From: Dehalococcoidia bacterium
GTDB taxonomy: Bacteria; Chloroflexota; Dehalococcoidia; SZUA-161; JAUWZY01
Assembly (NCBI GenBank): GCA_034414595.1
Contig: DAOULY010000017.1
Span: 75,068 to 139,067, forward strand
Length of the DNA stretch: 64,000 nucleotides
Direction: 5' to 3'
Part shown: positions 25,505 to 35,450 of the stretch, one piece after another
How the letters are laid out: each line of letters starts with the position of its first letter
Numbering within the stretch: position 1 is the stretch's first letter
Notes under the pieces: model-generated
Databases searched by the model: none
What the model was told of the DNA's origin: nothing
What the model saw: the letters and a program-made list of their open reading frames with translations, nothing else
Made by a program: the position numbers and the translations under genes

Positions 25505-26529
25505 TTTTTCAGGGTAAAAGGATATTGATCACAGGTGGTACAGGCTCACTGGGGAGGAACTTGGTGCGCAGGATAATGACTGGCGAGGCGGGCACGCCGG
25601 CAAAGGTCATCATCTTCTCCCGGGACGAGGACAAGCAGTATTCGATGAGGCTGGAATGGAGGAACATCAAGGCGGCCACCGATGATGTCGTCTATCGGGA
25701 TGCTGATCAGATATTGCATTTTTGCATTGGCGATGTTAGGGACTATGAAACAGTGGCCCGGAGTGTGAACGATGCTGATATCGTAATACATGCGGCTGCA
25801 CTCAAGCAATCTCCAGTATGCGAGTACTTTCCCCATGAGTCAGTGAAGACAAACGTCTTAGGAATCCAGAATATCATTCGTGCTGTTTCCGAGACCGAAA
25901 ATAGTGTGGAGGCGGTGCTATCAGTTTCCACTGATAAGGCTTGTAAGCCAATCAATGTCTATGGCATGTGCAAAGCGATACAGGAAAGGCTGACCATAGA
26001 GGCCAACGTGAGGTGTCCTACCACCAGATTCATCTGTGCTCGTTATGGCAATGTAGCAGCCTCCAGAGGATCGGTCATTCCCCTGTTCAGAGAACAGATC
26101 AGGAATGGGGGGGCGGTCACTGTTACCAAGAAGGAGATGACTAGGTTCCTGCTCACTTTGGATGCTGCTGCGGACATCATCTTTGATACGCTTCGCTCCG
26201 CCAAAGCAGGTGACACCTATGTGCCTGTTCTTCCTTCGGCTAACATAATGGATTTGGCTGAGGTTATGATCGGGGATAGGGGGATCAGTATTGAATTCAT
26301 TGGAATGCGCCCGGGCGAGAAAATTCATGAGATCTTGATCGCTGAAGACGAGATACCGAGAACGATCAAGAGGGGTGACTACTATGTGATTCGCCCCATT
26401 CTGCCGGAAATGCGGGGAGGCGAAATCGGCCAACCTCCCTTGACCGAGGAGCTTTCCTCTGCCGACTGGACGATGACCAAAAGCGAGTTGAAGGCCTTTC
26501 TAGAGAAGAATGGGCTGCTGGACTTCTGA
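25501..26529 (+). CDS. UDP-N-acetylglucosamine 4,6-dehydratase (FnlA/CapE/WbvB or PseB family, polysaccharide biosynthesis CapD-like)
   Basis: ILITGGTGSLG, IFSRDEDKQ, GDVRD, HAAALKQ, STDKA, ARYGNVAASRGSVIPLF, MTRF and GEKIHE blocks are present. ATG 25501 forms an ATGA overlap with the upstream stop. The track alternative is 25489. Confidence 0.8.
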   Translation: MIFQGKRILITGGTGSLGRNLVRRIMTGEAGTPAKVIIFSRDEDKQYSMRLEWRNIKAATDDVVYRDADQILHFCIGDVRDYETVARSVNDADIVIHAAALKQSPVCEYFPHESVKTNVLGIQNIIRAVSETENSVEAVLSVSTDKACKPINVYGMCKAIQERLTIEANVRCPTTRFICARYGNVAASRGSVIPLFREQIRNGGAVTVTKKEMTRFLLTLDAAADIIFDTLRSAKAGDTYVPVLPSANIMDLAEVMIGDRGISIEFIGMRPGEKIHEILIAEDEIPRTIKRGDYYVIRPILPEMRGGEIGQPPLTEELSSADWTMTKSELKAFLEKNGLLDF

Positions 26530-26530
26530 G

Positions 26531-27631
26531 ATGAAGATCAAAGTTATGACCATACTGGGCACCAGACCTGAGATCATCAGGCTCAGCCTGATGATCGAGA
26601 AGTTAGACCGGTATTGCGACCATATCTTAGTCCACACCGGCCAGAACTTCGACGAGAACCTGAGCTCGATCTTCTTTAGCGATTTGGGCTTGAGAGAGCC
26701 TAATTATTATTTGGGGATAAGGGGCGATGCCTTTGGCGAGCAGATAGGCAAGATAATCATCGAGTCGGAAAAGGTTATCTTGAAGGAAAGCCCTGATCGT
26801 CTCCTAGTCTTGGGCGATACCAACAGCGGTCTGGCCAGCATTGTCGCTAGGAGAATGGGGATACCTGTCTTCCATCTGGAGGCGGGGAATCGCTGCTTCG
26901 ACTTTCGAGTCCCGGAAGAGGTCAACAGAAGGATCATCGATCACTGCAGCACCATATTCTTTCCCTATAACTACAGAAGCAAGGAGAACCTGCTCAACGA
27001 GGGGATTGCCAATGAGGTCATTTACGTTGTGGGCAATCCCATATATGAGGTGATTGAGCATTATTCCCAGCAGGTCGAGAGCAGCGGCATACTGAATAGA
27101 CTGGGAGTGCTGCCGCAGAAGTATTTCTTGGCCACCATGCACCGTGCCGAGAATGTCGACCATGAGGAGAGACTCAATGGTATTATCTCTGGCTTGGAAA
27201 GGATTAGCGTAGAATATGGCTTGCCTGTTATCTGCAGTCTGCACCCAAGAACCAAAAGCAAAATAGAGCAGTTCCAGTTAGCCGCAAACAATGATAACCT
27301 CCGCTTCTCAATCCCTTTCGGCTTTTTTGATTTCATCGCCCTGGAGAAGAATGCATTATGTGTAATCACCGATAGCGGAACGGTGCAAGAGGAATGCAGT
27401 ATCCTGCGGGTGCCCAACATCACTATCAGGGATGTAACCGAGAGGCCGGAGACGATCGAATGTGGCAGTAATATGCTCACCGGTACCTCGCCGGAATTGA
27501 TGCTGAAAGCTATGGAGGTGGTGCTCAACGAGAGGCGGGAGTGGGAGCCTCCTCTGGGTTACCTCGATAGGAATGTTTCCTCTAAGGTGGTCAAGATCGT
27601 TCTTGGCTATCTCAGGGATGAAGTGAAATGA
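26531..27631 (+). CDS. UDP-N-acetylglucosamine 2-epimerase family (WecB/FnlC/NeuC-like)
   Basis: MKIKVMTILGTRPEIIRLS start, GDTNS, and HLEAGNR blocks are present. ATG 26531 lies directly after the upstream stop. The track alternative is 26510. Confidence 0.85.
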   Translation: MKIKVMTILGTRPEIIRLSLMIEKLDRYCDHILVHTGQNFDENLSSIFFSDLGLREPNYYLGIRGDAFGEQIGKIIIESEKVILKESPDRLLVLGDTNSGLASIVARRMGIPVFHLEAGNRCFDFRVPEEVNRRIIDHCSTIFFPYNYRSKENLLNEGIANEVIYVVGNPIYEVIEHYSQQVESSGILNRLGVLPQKYFLATMHRAENVDHEERLNGIISGLERISVEYGLPVICSLHPRTKSKIEQFQLAANNDNLRFSIPFGFFDFIALEKNALCVITDSGTVQEECSILRVPNITIRDVTERPETIECGSNMLTGTSPELMLKAMEVVLNERREWEPPLGYLDRNVSSKVVKIVLGYLRDEVK

Positions 27632-28806
27632 GAATCCTGCAGGTAGTCAGCTTCTTCTCACCGACTCGTGGTGGTGGGGTTATCGCTGTAGTGTATCAGT
27701 TGGCAAAAGCCTTGAGACAACGGGGGCATGATGTCACGATATACACCAGCGATTTCGAGCTCGACCGTGAATATATTGATTCGCTCGATGGGGTGAAAGT
27801 TCACCCTTTTCATCATTACCTGAGCCTCAATGGCAGACCACTGCTAACGCCTGGGGTGCTTAATGGAGCTAGGAGAGAGCTTAAGACCTTCGATATCATC
27901 CACATGCACGAAAGTAGAACCTTTGCCAACATAGCGCTACACCACTATGCCCGAAAACATGGCGTCCCTTATATCATCGATGCTCATGGCTCGGCCAGAA
28001 AATCAAAGAGCAAATTTAAGTGGCTGATCGATGTCTTCTTCGGCCGCCGCATATTACGAGATGCTACCAGAGTTATCGCTGAGACTGAGGTAGGGGCTGC
28101 AGAATATCGAGATGCAGGGGTAAGCGAGGATCGAATCGTCACCCTCTACCCTCCTTTTCCCATTGAGGATTATGCCTCCCTCCCGCCACCAGGACAGTTC
28201 AGGGCAAGATTCAACATCAAGGAGAAGCACATCATCCTGTTCCTGGGCAGGATAAACTGGATTAAAGGGCTTGATTTTTTGGTGGAGTCATTCTACGAGC
28301 TGAGCCGACAGAGGGATGATGTTGTTCTGGTGATCGTTGGCTCCGATGATGGCCACAAATCCGCTTTGGAGGCGATGATCGATGGATTGAATCTCTCTGA
28401 TAAGGTTTTGTTCGCTGGATATCTCGCGGGAGAGGAGAAGCAGTCGGCACTGGTGGATGCTGCTGTGATGGTCCAGCCCTCGGTATATGAACAAGGGTTG
28501 CCCTGGGCTTCCATTGAAGCAATATTGTGTGGTACTCCTACCATAGTGAGTAAGGGTACTGGGGCTGAGGAGGACGCGATGCGAATGGGTACTGGATACC
28601 TGGTGGAGTATGGGAATACGGCCGAGTTCAGGGACACGATGCAGCACATACTCGATAATCCTGCTGAGGCTGCCGGAGTTACACAAAAGGCTGAGGACTA
28701 TATAGTGGAAAACCTATCGATGCAGAAAAAGGTGCAGGAATACGAGGAAATTTATGCTTCTTGTCTCAAGCAAACGGAGCAAGCCAAATCAAATTCTGGA
28801 GCTTAG
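27628..28806 (+). CDS. Glycosyltransferase family 4
   Basis: 392-aa ORF. MRILQVVSFFSPTRGGG start and a C-terminal EQGLPWASIEAILCGTPTIVS (E..G....EA) motif. ATGA overlap with the upstream gene. Confidence 0.8.
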   Translation: MRILQVVSFFSPTRGGGVIAVVYQLAKALRQRGHDVTIYTSDFELDREYIDSLDGVKVHPFHHYLSLNGRPLLTPGVLNGARRELKTFDIIHMHESRTFANIALHHYARKHGVPYIIDAHGSARKSKSKFKWLIDVFFGRRILRDATRVIAETEVGAAEYRDAGVSEDRIVTLYPPFPIEDYASLPPPGQFRARFNIKEKHIILFLGRINWIKGLDFLVESFYELSRQRDDVVLVIVGSDDGHKSALEAMIDGLNLSDKVLFAGYLAGEEKQSALVDAAVMVQPSVYEQGLPWASIEAILCGTPTIVSKGTGAEEDAMRMGTGYLVEYGNTAEFRDTMQHILDNPAEAAGVTQKAEDYIVENLSMQKKVQEYEEIYASCLKQTEQAKSNSGA

Positions 28807-28809
28807 AAA

Positions 28810-29775
28810 ATGAAGCTACTGATAACCGGTGGTGCAGGCTTTATCGGAAGTCATCTCTGTGACAAATATGTCAAAGAAGGCCATACCGTGATCTGTTTGG
28901 ATAGTTTTATGAGTGGAAACCTGATGAATATCAGGCACCTGTTGGACTATCGCAATTTCAAGCTGTTGAGAGGCGACGTTAGAGATTTTGATCTATTGGA
29001 AAAGATCGTGAGGGACATCGATGTGGTGTTTCATCTGGCAGCGCAGATTCATGTCGATCGCTCCTACGTCGAGCCTCGACTCACCTACGACATAAATGTG
29101 ATGGGAACGCAAAACGTGCTGGAGGTGGCCAGGCTACATGATGCTACCAGGGTAATTCATGCTTCCACCAGCGAGGTATATGGCTCAGCGCAATATGTTC
29201 CCATAGATGAAAAACACCCTTTGAATGCTCCCCATCCTTATGGGGCCAGCAAAGTAGCTGCTGACAGGATGTGCTACGCTTACATCCAGACGTACGGCAT
29301 GGACATCTCCATATTAAGGCTGTTCAACGTTTTTGGTCCACGGCAGAGGGACATCGGGTATGGTGGGGTGATATCTATATTCACAAGGAGGGTTTTGAAT
29401 AATATGCCCCCAATCATATACGGGGATGGTCAGCAGACAAGGGACTATACCTATATAGAGGATGCGGTTCGAGCTTATGACTTGGTTTTGAATCACAATG
29501 AACCAGTGAGAGAACCGGTTAATTTCGGAAGCGGTAGGGAGGTATCTATATCGGATCTGGCTAATAAGCTCATCGACCTATGTGGCAAGAAAGGTGCTAT
29601 GGAGCCGGTCCATGTTGAGCCCAGAATCGGGGAGGTGAAAAGGTTGATTGCTGACGCAACCAAAGCCAAGGACATTCTGGGTTGGGAACCCGAGTGCAAC
29701 TTGGAAGAATCGTTAGGGCAATTCGTGCAATGGTATAAGAGCTATGGCTTGGAGGAGCGGATCAAACTTGAGTGA
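28810..29775 (+). CDS. NAD-dependent nucleotide-sugar epimerase/dehydratase (UXS / RmlB-like extended SDR)
   Basis: 321-aa ORF. ITGGAGFIGSHL, ASTSEVYG and YGASK are present. Confidence 0.8.
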   Translation: MKLLITGGAGFIGSHLCDKYVKEGHTVICLDSFMSGNLMNIRHLLDYRNFKLLRGDVRDFDLLEKIVRDIDVVFHLAAQIHVDRSYVEPRLTYDINVMGTQNVLEVARLHDATRVIHASTSEVYGSAQYVPIDEKHPLNAPHPYGASKVAADRMCYAYIQTYGMDISILRLFNVFGPRQRDIGYGGVISIFTRRVLNNMPPIIYGDGQQTRDYTYIEDAVRAYDLVLNHNEPVREPVNFGSGREVSISDLANKLIDLCGKKGAMEPVHVEPRIGEVKRLIADATKAKDILGWEPECNLEESLGQFVQWYKSYGLEERIKLE

Positions 29776-30595
29776 TAGCACAAAAGGAGTGGATGCTAAA
29801 GCTTTAGCCAGTCGAATACGGGCCCATGCCCTGAAGATGGTCCACCGCGCCCGCAGTTCCCATATCGGCGGCTCGCTCTCAATGGCCGACCTGCTGGCGG
29901 TATTGTATGCAAGTGTTCTACGAGTCGATCCTGCCCGTCCAAATTGGCCTGACCGAGACCGCTTCATCATAAGCAAAGGACATGCTGCTGCTGGTACCTA
30001 TGCCGCCCTCGCCGAACGGGGGTTCTTCCCAGTAGAGTGGCTGGATAGCTTCTATCAGGATGGCTCACATTTGGCAGGGCATGTTACCCGCGATGTGCCC
30101 GGTGTTGAGGTATCCACGGGCTCGCTGGGGCACGGGCTGTCCGTTGGCTGCGGGATGGCGCTGGCGGGCAAGCATGACAGTCGTGGCTATCGTGTCTTTG
30201 TGCTCCTCAGCGACGGTGAGTGCGATGAGGGCTCGACCTGGGAGGCGGTATTGTTCGCACCGCACCATGGGCTGGACAACCTGATTGCTATCGTGGATTA
30301 CAACAAGATTCAGAGCTTTGGCACAACCAAGGAGGTCCTCGATTTGGAGCCACTGGCGGGAAAATGGCAGGCTTTTGGTTGGGTGGCGAAGGAGATAGAT
30401 GGGCATGACTTTACTCAGATCGAGAATGTATTGCACAGTGTTCCCTTTGAACAAGGGCGACCAAGCTGCATAGTAGCCCATACGGTTAAAGGCAAAGGAG
30501 TGAGCTTCATGGAAAATCAGCTTGCTTACCACTACAATCCGCCCAATGATGAGCAACTGCGCCAAGCACTGGCTGAACTGGGGGTATTGGAGTGA
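29744..30595 (+). CDS. Transketolase, N-terminal (ThDP/PP-domain) subunit, copy 1
   Basis: 283-aa ORF. SHIGGSLSMADLLAVLY, DRFIISKGHAA, GSLGHGLSVG, LLSDGECDEG and VDYNKIQ are present. The start probably lies downstream of 29744 (32-nt overlap). Confidence 0.85.
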   Translation: MAWRSGSNLSDSTKGVDAKALASRIRAHALKMVHRARSSHIGGSLSMADLLAVLYASVLRVDPARPNWPDRDRFIISKGHAAAGTYAALAERGFFPVEWLDSFYQDGSHLAGHVTRDVPGVEVSTGSLGHGLSVGCGMALAGKHDSRGYRVFVLLSDGECDEGSTWEAVLFAPHHGLDNLIAIVDYNKIQSFGTTKEVLDLEPLAGKWQAFGWVAKEIDGHDFTQIENVLHSVPFEQGRPSCIVAHTVKGKGVSFMENQLAYHYNPPNDEQLRQALAELGVLE

Positions 30596-31524
30596 GAACC
30601 GCCTTCGTTCGCAGTCTGATAGATTCGGCGAGAACCAATGAGCGCATCTTCCTGCTGGTGGGGGACGTGGGCTATTCCTTGGTCGAGCCTTTTGCCCAGG
30701 AGTTCCCTGACCGCTTCATCAATATAGGCATCGCTGAGCAGAACATGATCGGCATTGCAGCAGGCCTGGCACTGTGCGGCAAGACCGTGTTTGCTTATTC
30801 CCTGGCTAACTTCCCCACGCTGCGCTGCGTGGAACAGATACGCAATGACGTTTGCTATCACAATGCCGACGTCAAGGTCGTGGCTTCAGGAGGTGGGCTC
30901 TCTTATGGGGCGCTGGGGGCGACGCACCACGTTACTGAGGACGTAGGCATCATGCGGGCACTGCCCAACATGACCATCATTGCCCCGGGCGATCCCGTGG
31001 AGGCAGCACTGGCCACACAGGCCCTCGCTGAGTGGCCTGGTCCAGGCTATTTGCGCTTGGTCAAGACTGGCGATCCTCTTATCCATCAAGAAGTTCCCCA
31101 GTTTCAAATTGGCAAGGCGATCACGATGCGGGATGGTGGCGATGTGACCCTGATCGCCAGCGGCGGAATATTGCTGAATGCTGTAGAGGCAGCAGAGCAA
31201 CTGGCTCAGCAGGGCATTCAATCTCGTGTGCTCAGCATGCATACTCTCAAACCATTGGATACCGATGCCGTGTTGAAGGCAGCGAGGGAAACCAGGGCTG
31301 TTGTTACCATTGAGGAGCATAACATCATTGGCGGATTGGGGAGTGCGGTCAGTGAGTTTCTTGCTGAGTGGGACGGGCCACAGATCCGTTTTAGACGAAT
31401 GGGGCTCAATGACACATTCTGTTCCCAGGTCGGCAGCCAGGCATGCTTGCAAAAAGCCTACTCCTTATCAGTTGAGAGCATTGTCCAGGTTGTGTCATCG
31501 CTGGTAGGAGTGCGGCAGAGGTGA
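30592..31524 (+). CDS. Transketolase, C-terminal (Pyr-domain) subunit, copy 1
   Basis: 310-aa ORF. FINIGIAEQNMIGIAAGLA, GATHHVTEDVGIMRALPNM and IEEH..IGGLGSAV are present. 4-nt overlap with the N-subunit gene. Confidence 0.85.
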   Translation: MRTAFVRSLIDSARTNERIFLLVGDVGYSLVEPFAQEFPDRFINIGIAEQNMIGIAAGLALCGKTVFAYSLANFPTLRCVEQIRNDVCYHNADVKVVASGGGLSYGALGATHHVTEDVGIMRALPNMTIIAPGDPVEAALATQALAEWPGPGYLRLVKTGDPLIHQEVPQFQIGKAITMRDGGDVTLIASGGILLNAVEAAEQLAQQGIQSRVLSMHTLKPLDTDAVLKAARETRAVVTIEEHNIIGGLGSAVSEFLAEWDGPQIRFRRMGLNDTFCSQVGSQACLQKAYSLSVESIVQVVSSLVGVRQR

Positions 31525-31552
31525 CGGTTCGCCATGTCAAGGGGAGAAGGCA

Positions 31553-32665
31553 ATGACTTATAAGGTTCCATTCGTTGACTTTCCCACCCAGTATCGCCGG
31601 TTGGAGGGCGAGATTCTGGTGGCTGTCAAAGAGGTACTGGGCAAAGGGGATTACATACTTCGTGACCAGGTGCAACAATTCGAGAGCGGCGTTGCTTCTT
31701 TCCTGGGTGTGGACTACGCTGTCGGGGTCAACAGTGGCACCGACGCTCTGTATCTCTCATTGCGCGTCGCTGGAGTGGGCCCGGGGGACGAGGTGATCAC
31801 AGTAGCCCATACTTATGTGGCCTCGATAGCGGTGATAGTCCACTGCGGGGCGACCCCGGTTCTGATCGATGTGGGAGAGGACTTCAACATGGATGTGGAC
31901 CAGCTGGAGCAGGCCATCTCTCCCAGGAGCAAAGCCATTTTGCCTGTGCACTTGAATGGCCGTCTCTGCAATATGGAAAGAGTGATGGGTATCGCATCGA
32001 GGTACAATCTGATGGTGATTGAGGATGCTGCCCAGGCTCTGGGGGCTACCTTCGATGGCAAGAAAGCTGGCTCGTTTGGTCTGGCTGGATGTTTCAGTTT
32101 TTACCCAGCGAAGCTCCTGGGTGCTGCCGGGGATGCCGGGCTGGTCGCTACCAATGATAAAGAACTGGATAAGAATGTACGCCTATTCCGCGACCATGGT
32201 CGAAGGACAAAGGACGAGTTTGACTGTTTTGGTTTCAACAGCCGTCTGGATAATCTTCAGGCGGCTATCCTCAATGTCAAGTTCCGCTATCTGCCCCAGT
32301 GGATTGAGAGGCGACGGGAATTGGCCGGCATGTATCATCACGGCCTATCGGACCTGCCCTATCTCAAGCTGCCACCGCTGCCACAGTCACAGGGGCGTTA
32401 CTTTGATGTCTGCCAGAACTACGTGATACGAGCCCAGCAGCGGGATGGATTGGTGGAATACCTGAGAGAATGTGGTGTTGAGATCTTAGTCTCAAACCCG
32501 ATACCGGTGCATCATCAGAAAGCTCTGGGCTTGAGCCACTTTCACCTGCCATTAACTGAGCAGTTGGCGGAAGAAGTTGTTTCCCTGCCGATGAATGCTG
32601 AGCTGAGCAATGAGCAGGTGCAGTTCGTGATAGACTCGGTGCGTAAGTTCTACAAGGGGTCTTGA
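31553..32665 (+). CDS. DegT/DnrJ/EryC1/StrS family PLP-dependent sugar aminotransferase
   Basis: 370-aa ORF. NSGTDALYLSL, IEDAAQALG and FSFYPAKLLGAAGDAG (active-site Lys region) are present. Confidence 0.85.
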   Translation: MTYKVPFVDFPTQYRRLEGEILVAVKEVLGKGDYILRDQVQQFESGVASFLGVDYAVGVNSGTDALYLSLRVAGVGPGDEVITVAHTYVASIAVIVHCGATPVLIDVGEDFNMDVDQLEQAISPRSKAILPVHLNGRLCNMERVMGIASRYNLMVIEDAAQALGATFDGKKAGSFGLAGCFSFYPAKLLGAAGDAGLVATNDKELDKNVRLFRDHGRRTKDEFDCFGFNSRLDNLQAAILNVKFRYLPQWIERRRELAGMYHHGLSDLPYLKLPPLPQSQGRYFDVCQNYVIRAQQRDGLVEYLRECGVEILVSNPIPVHHQKALGLSHFHLPLTEQLAEEVVSLPMNAELSNEQVQFVIDSVRKFYKGS

Positions 32666-32706
32666 ATTCACATAATGCTGAGAAGAGGCGATGATAACCT
32701 ACTAGC

Positions 32707-33519
32707 ATGAGGAGACGATTCAAGCACCTTTTACAGCGATGGCCGGCACTCTATCATTTGGTGGTGCATGCGGTTTATGTGTTGAAGTTCCGCTACTGGA
32801 TGGAGCTCCTATTCGGCACGAGAGTGAGAGAGAAAGGATGGGCTACCCGACATCTCCACAAGGGCAATGACTGGAACAGTAGGCGACATTCTGGCGAGAA
32901 TGACGAGTGGGTTCTGGGCTATTGGGATTCACGAGAGCATAGCCATCGCTCTTTTTTGCTGGAACGGATATCTGCCTTCTCACCAATCTCCGGCATCCTG
33001 GAAATTGGCTGTAACTGCGGGCCAAACTTATATTTAATCGCTAAGAAGTTTCCCGAGACAGAGGCTAGAGGGATCGATATCAACCCCAGGGCTGTTGAAA
33101 AGGGTAACGAAATTTTCGCTTCAGAAGGTATGTCAAACGTCACATTAGCACTGGGCAGGGCGGATGAGCTTGGACAGTTCGGTGATAGGAGCTTCGATAT
33201 CGTATTGACCGACGCCGTTTTGATGTACATTGGCCCAGATAAAATCAAGGAAGTCGTTCAGGGTATGATTCGTGTTGCCCGTAGGGCATTGATCTTGGTG
33301 GAGTGGCACTGCTTTGAGCCTCGAGGGAAAGATCCTGCTGGTCTGGGAGTTCGAAGCTGGGGCTCCTGGAAAAGGGACTATGTGGCTCTGTTGAAACAAT
33401 TCATCCCCGAAGCGCAGATACGTGTCACAAAGATCACGGAGGATATCTGGCCCGATGAGAGGTGGAGCGAATTTGGAGCGGTCATCGAAGCTGTACTGGA
33501 TGAGACGACTGAACCCTAA
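32707..33519 (+). CDS. Class I SAM-dependent methyltransferase
   Basis: 270-aa ORF. ILEIGCNCGPNL (motif I) and FDIVLTDAVLMYI are present. Confidence 0.65.
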   Translation: MRRRFKHLLQRWPALYHLVVHAVYVLKFRYWMELLFGTRVREKGWATRHLHKGNDWNSRRHSGENDEWVLGYWDSREHSHRSFLLERISAFSPISGILEIGCNCGPNLYLIAKKFPETEARGIDINPRAVEKGNEIFASEGMSNVTLALGRADELGQFGDRSFDIVLTDAVLMYIGPDKIKEVVQGMIRVARRALILVEWHCFEPRGKDPAGLGVRSWGSWKRDYVALLKQFIPEAQIRVTKITEDIWPDERWSEFGAVIEAVLDETTEP

Positions 33520-33545
33520 CACTGAAGAAAGGGTACAGAAGGAAG

Positions 33546-34253
33546 ATGCGTAGCCAGAGTAGCTTGATTGTCACTACAAGTTGGGATGATGGTAGTATTT
33601 TTGACCTAAAGATTGCCGAACTCCTAAGTAAATATGGAATCAAAGGGACCTTTTATGTACCAAAATCTCTGTTTGCTCACCCCCTTAGCGCGAGCGATAT
33701 CAGGGAAATAGACGAACATTTCGAGGTTGGGTCTCACACGCTAAATCACGTAAATCTAACCAAGGTTTCTACATCGGAGGCTAAGAAGGAAATCGAAGAG
33801 GGAAAAGCATACTTGGAGGATTTGCTGGGACATAATGTGTGCATGTTCGCTTACCCTGACGGGGGATATAATGAAAATATCAAGAAAATGGTGAGAGATT
33901 CTGGCTTCGTGGCTGCCAGAACCGCTAAGGCCGGAGATTTCAATCTACCCGTTGACCACTACGAATGGCAAATCACCTTGCTTACTTCTGACGGGTCTCC
34001 GCTTGGGAGTCTCAAAACCTGCCTAAGGAACCGTCTTTCACCCAAAGCACTACTGGAATGGGGGACACGGGCCAAATTGGTATTTGATAGAGCCTTAGCA
34101 CTCGGTGGTATCTACCACATCTACGGACATTCGCTGGAGCTTGAGATAAATCTGGAGTGGGATAAATTGGAGGGCGTTTTGGATTATATATCGGGTAGGG
34201 AAGGCGTGCAATATATGAGCAATGGAGAGATTTTTCAGCATTCATCTGGGTAG
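33546..34253 (+). CDS. Polysaccharide deacetylase (NodB homology domain)
   Basis: 235-aa ORF. TTSWDDGS, GTFYV, VGSHTLNH and FAYPDGGY are present. Confidence 0.7.
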   Translation: MRSQSSLIVTTSWDDGSIFDLKIAELLSKYGIKGTFYVPKSLFAHPLSASDIREIDEHFEVGSHTLNHVNLTKVSTSEAKKEIEEGKAYLEDLLGHNVCMFAYPDGGYNENIKKMVRDSGFVAARTAKAGDFNLPVDHYEWQITLLTSDGSPLGSLKTCLRNRLSPKALLEWGTRAKLVFDRALALGGIYHIYGHSLELEINLEWDKLEGVLDYISGREGVQYMSNGEIFQHSSG

Positions 34254-34276
34254 CGCACTCATGTGGAGATTGGCAT

Positions 34277-35356
34277 ATGGAGCGGGTATGGGCAGCAAGG
34301 GAATATAGAGAGGGGGATGAAGAAGGTGTATTTGAATTGGATAAAGCTGTACATCCATCATCAGCGCAGAATAAACAGCGGTGGATGGGGTGGTGGCAAT
34401 GGATGTATAAACAAAACCCCGCTGGTGCTGCCCGGATATGGCTTGCAGAGCATGAAGGCAGAGTAGTTGGGCAATCTGCCGTAATACCGGTAGCGATGAA
34501 AGTTGGCTCTGAAATTGTCACTGGTTTTCAAGCAATGCATACAATGACTCATCCTGAGTACAGGCGTCAAGGGATATATGAAACCATTGCCAAAAAGACA
34601 TATGCTGAAGCTGCGAAAAAAGGTATGCACATCGGTTATAGATTCCCGAACGAAAACTCACATCCGATAGCCATAAACAAGCTAAATTGGTTTGATGTTG
34701 CTACCATGCAAATCGTATTCAAGCCCCTTAATTGGGGAAATGCCTTAAAACTCCGCATCAACAATAGATTTCTATTGGGACTTTGCACAGTGGGCGGTAA
34801 TATGTTGGATAAAATGTTTTATCGAGCTAAAGAAGTGCCCTTTGTGGAGGGCTTGACAATTACTCGGGTTTCGTCCTTTGACGAGCGTATTAGTGAGTTT
34901 TGTTCCACAGTATCTAACCAGTACCCTATAATGGTGATGCGAAGTGTGGATTACCTTAACTGGAGGTATATTACTGTTCCGGATGTAGAATATTCTATAT
35001 ACATTGCCGAATTAGCGGGGGAAATTCACGGCTACTTGGTTCTGCGTTGCATACAAAAGGGGCAGGCGAGAGTGGGCGCCATATGTGATATCTTTGCTCA
35101 ATCGGAGCAGATAGCTCAATGCTTGATTTCAGAAGCTATTGGGCATTTTGAGCGGGAAGAAGTAGACCTCGTCTATTGTGAGATGATAAAGAATAAAATA
35201 TTGCATAATGCTTTTAAAAGAAGCGGGTTTGTATCTGTACCCTTCATAAGAGGTATGCGACTTTGTGCTTACTCAAGCTCGCCTGATATTCCGAAAGAGT
35301 TCCTGCAGGATTCCCAGAACTGGCTAATTCAGATAGGAGACTCAGATTCTGTCTAA
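34277..35356 (+). CDS. GNAT-family N-acetyltransferase (two-domain)
   Basis: 359-aa ORF. GRVVGQSAVIPV...HPEYRRQGIYE is the acetyl-CoA binding Q/RxxGxG/A-like motif. Confidence 0.6.
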   Translation: MERVWAAREYREGDEEGVFELDKAVHPSSAQNKQRWMGWWQWMYKQNPAGAARIWLAEHEGRVVGQSAVIPVAMKVGSEIVTGFQAMHTMTHPEYRRQGIYETIAKKTYAEAAKKGMHIGYRFPNENSHPIAINKLNWFDVATMQIVFKPLNWGNALKLRINNRFLLGLCTVGGNMLDKMFYRAKEVPFVEGLTITRVSSFDERISEFCSTVSNQYPIMVMRSVDYLNWRYITVPDVEYSIYIAELAGEIHGYLVLRCIQKGQARVGAICDIFAQSEQIAQCLISEAIGHFEREEVDLVYCEMIKNKILHNAFKRSGFVSVPFIRGMRLCAYSSSPDIPKEFLQDSQNWLIQIGDSDSV

Positions 35357-35450
35357 TGTGCCTTGTCCTGCTTGATAAAAGCAGGCTTGAAGTGTGGAAT
35401 CAGAAAATGTCCTCAAAGTGTTGCGATTCATCGTTGCTATTAGCTAAGCC

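Noticed and set aside
25921-26433. 170-aa antisense ORF, with similar ones at 30065-30565, 30886-31452, 34012-34521, 39109-39693 and 47496-47975
   Set aside because: All lie opposite to CDSs with strong conserved motifs. They lack RBS-like sequences and have compositionally skewed translations typical of antisense frames.
29744-31524. Reading the transketolase subunit genes as ordinary pentose-phosphate housekeeping genes
   Set aside because: Both pairs are translationally coupled into a sugar-nucleotide operon and are duplicated and diverged. Housekeeping function cannot be excluded without the rest of the genome, so this is flagged as a finding rather than assumed.
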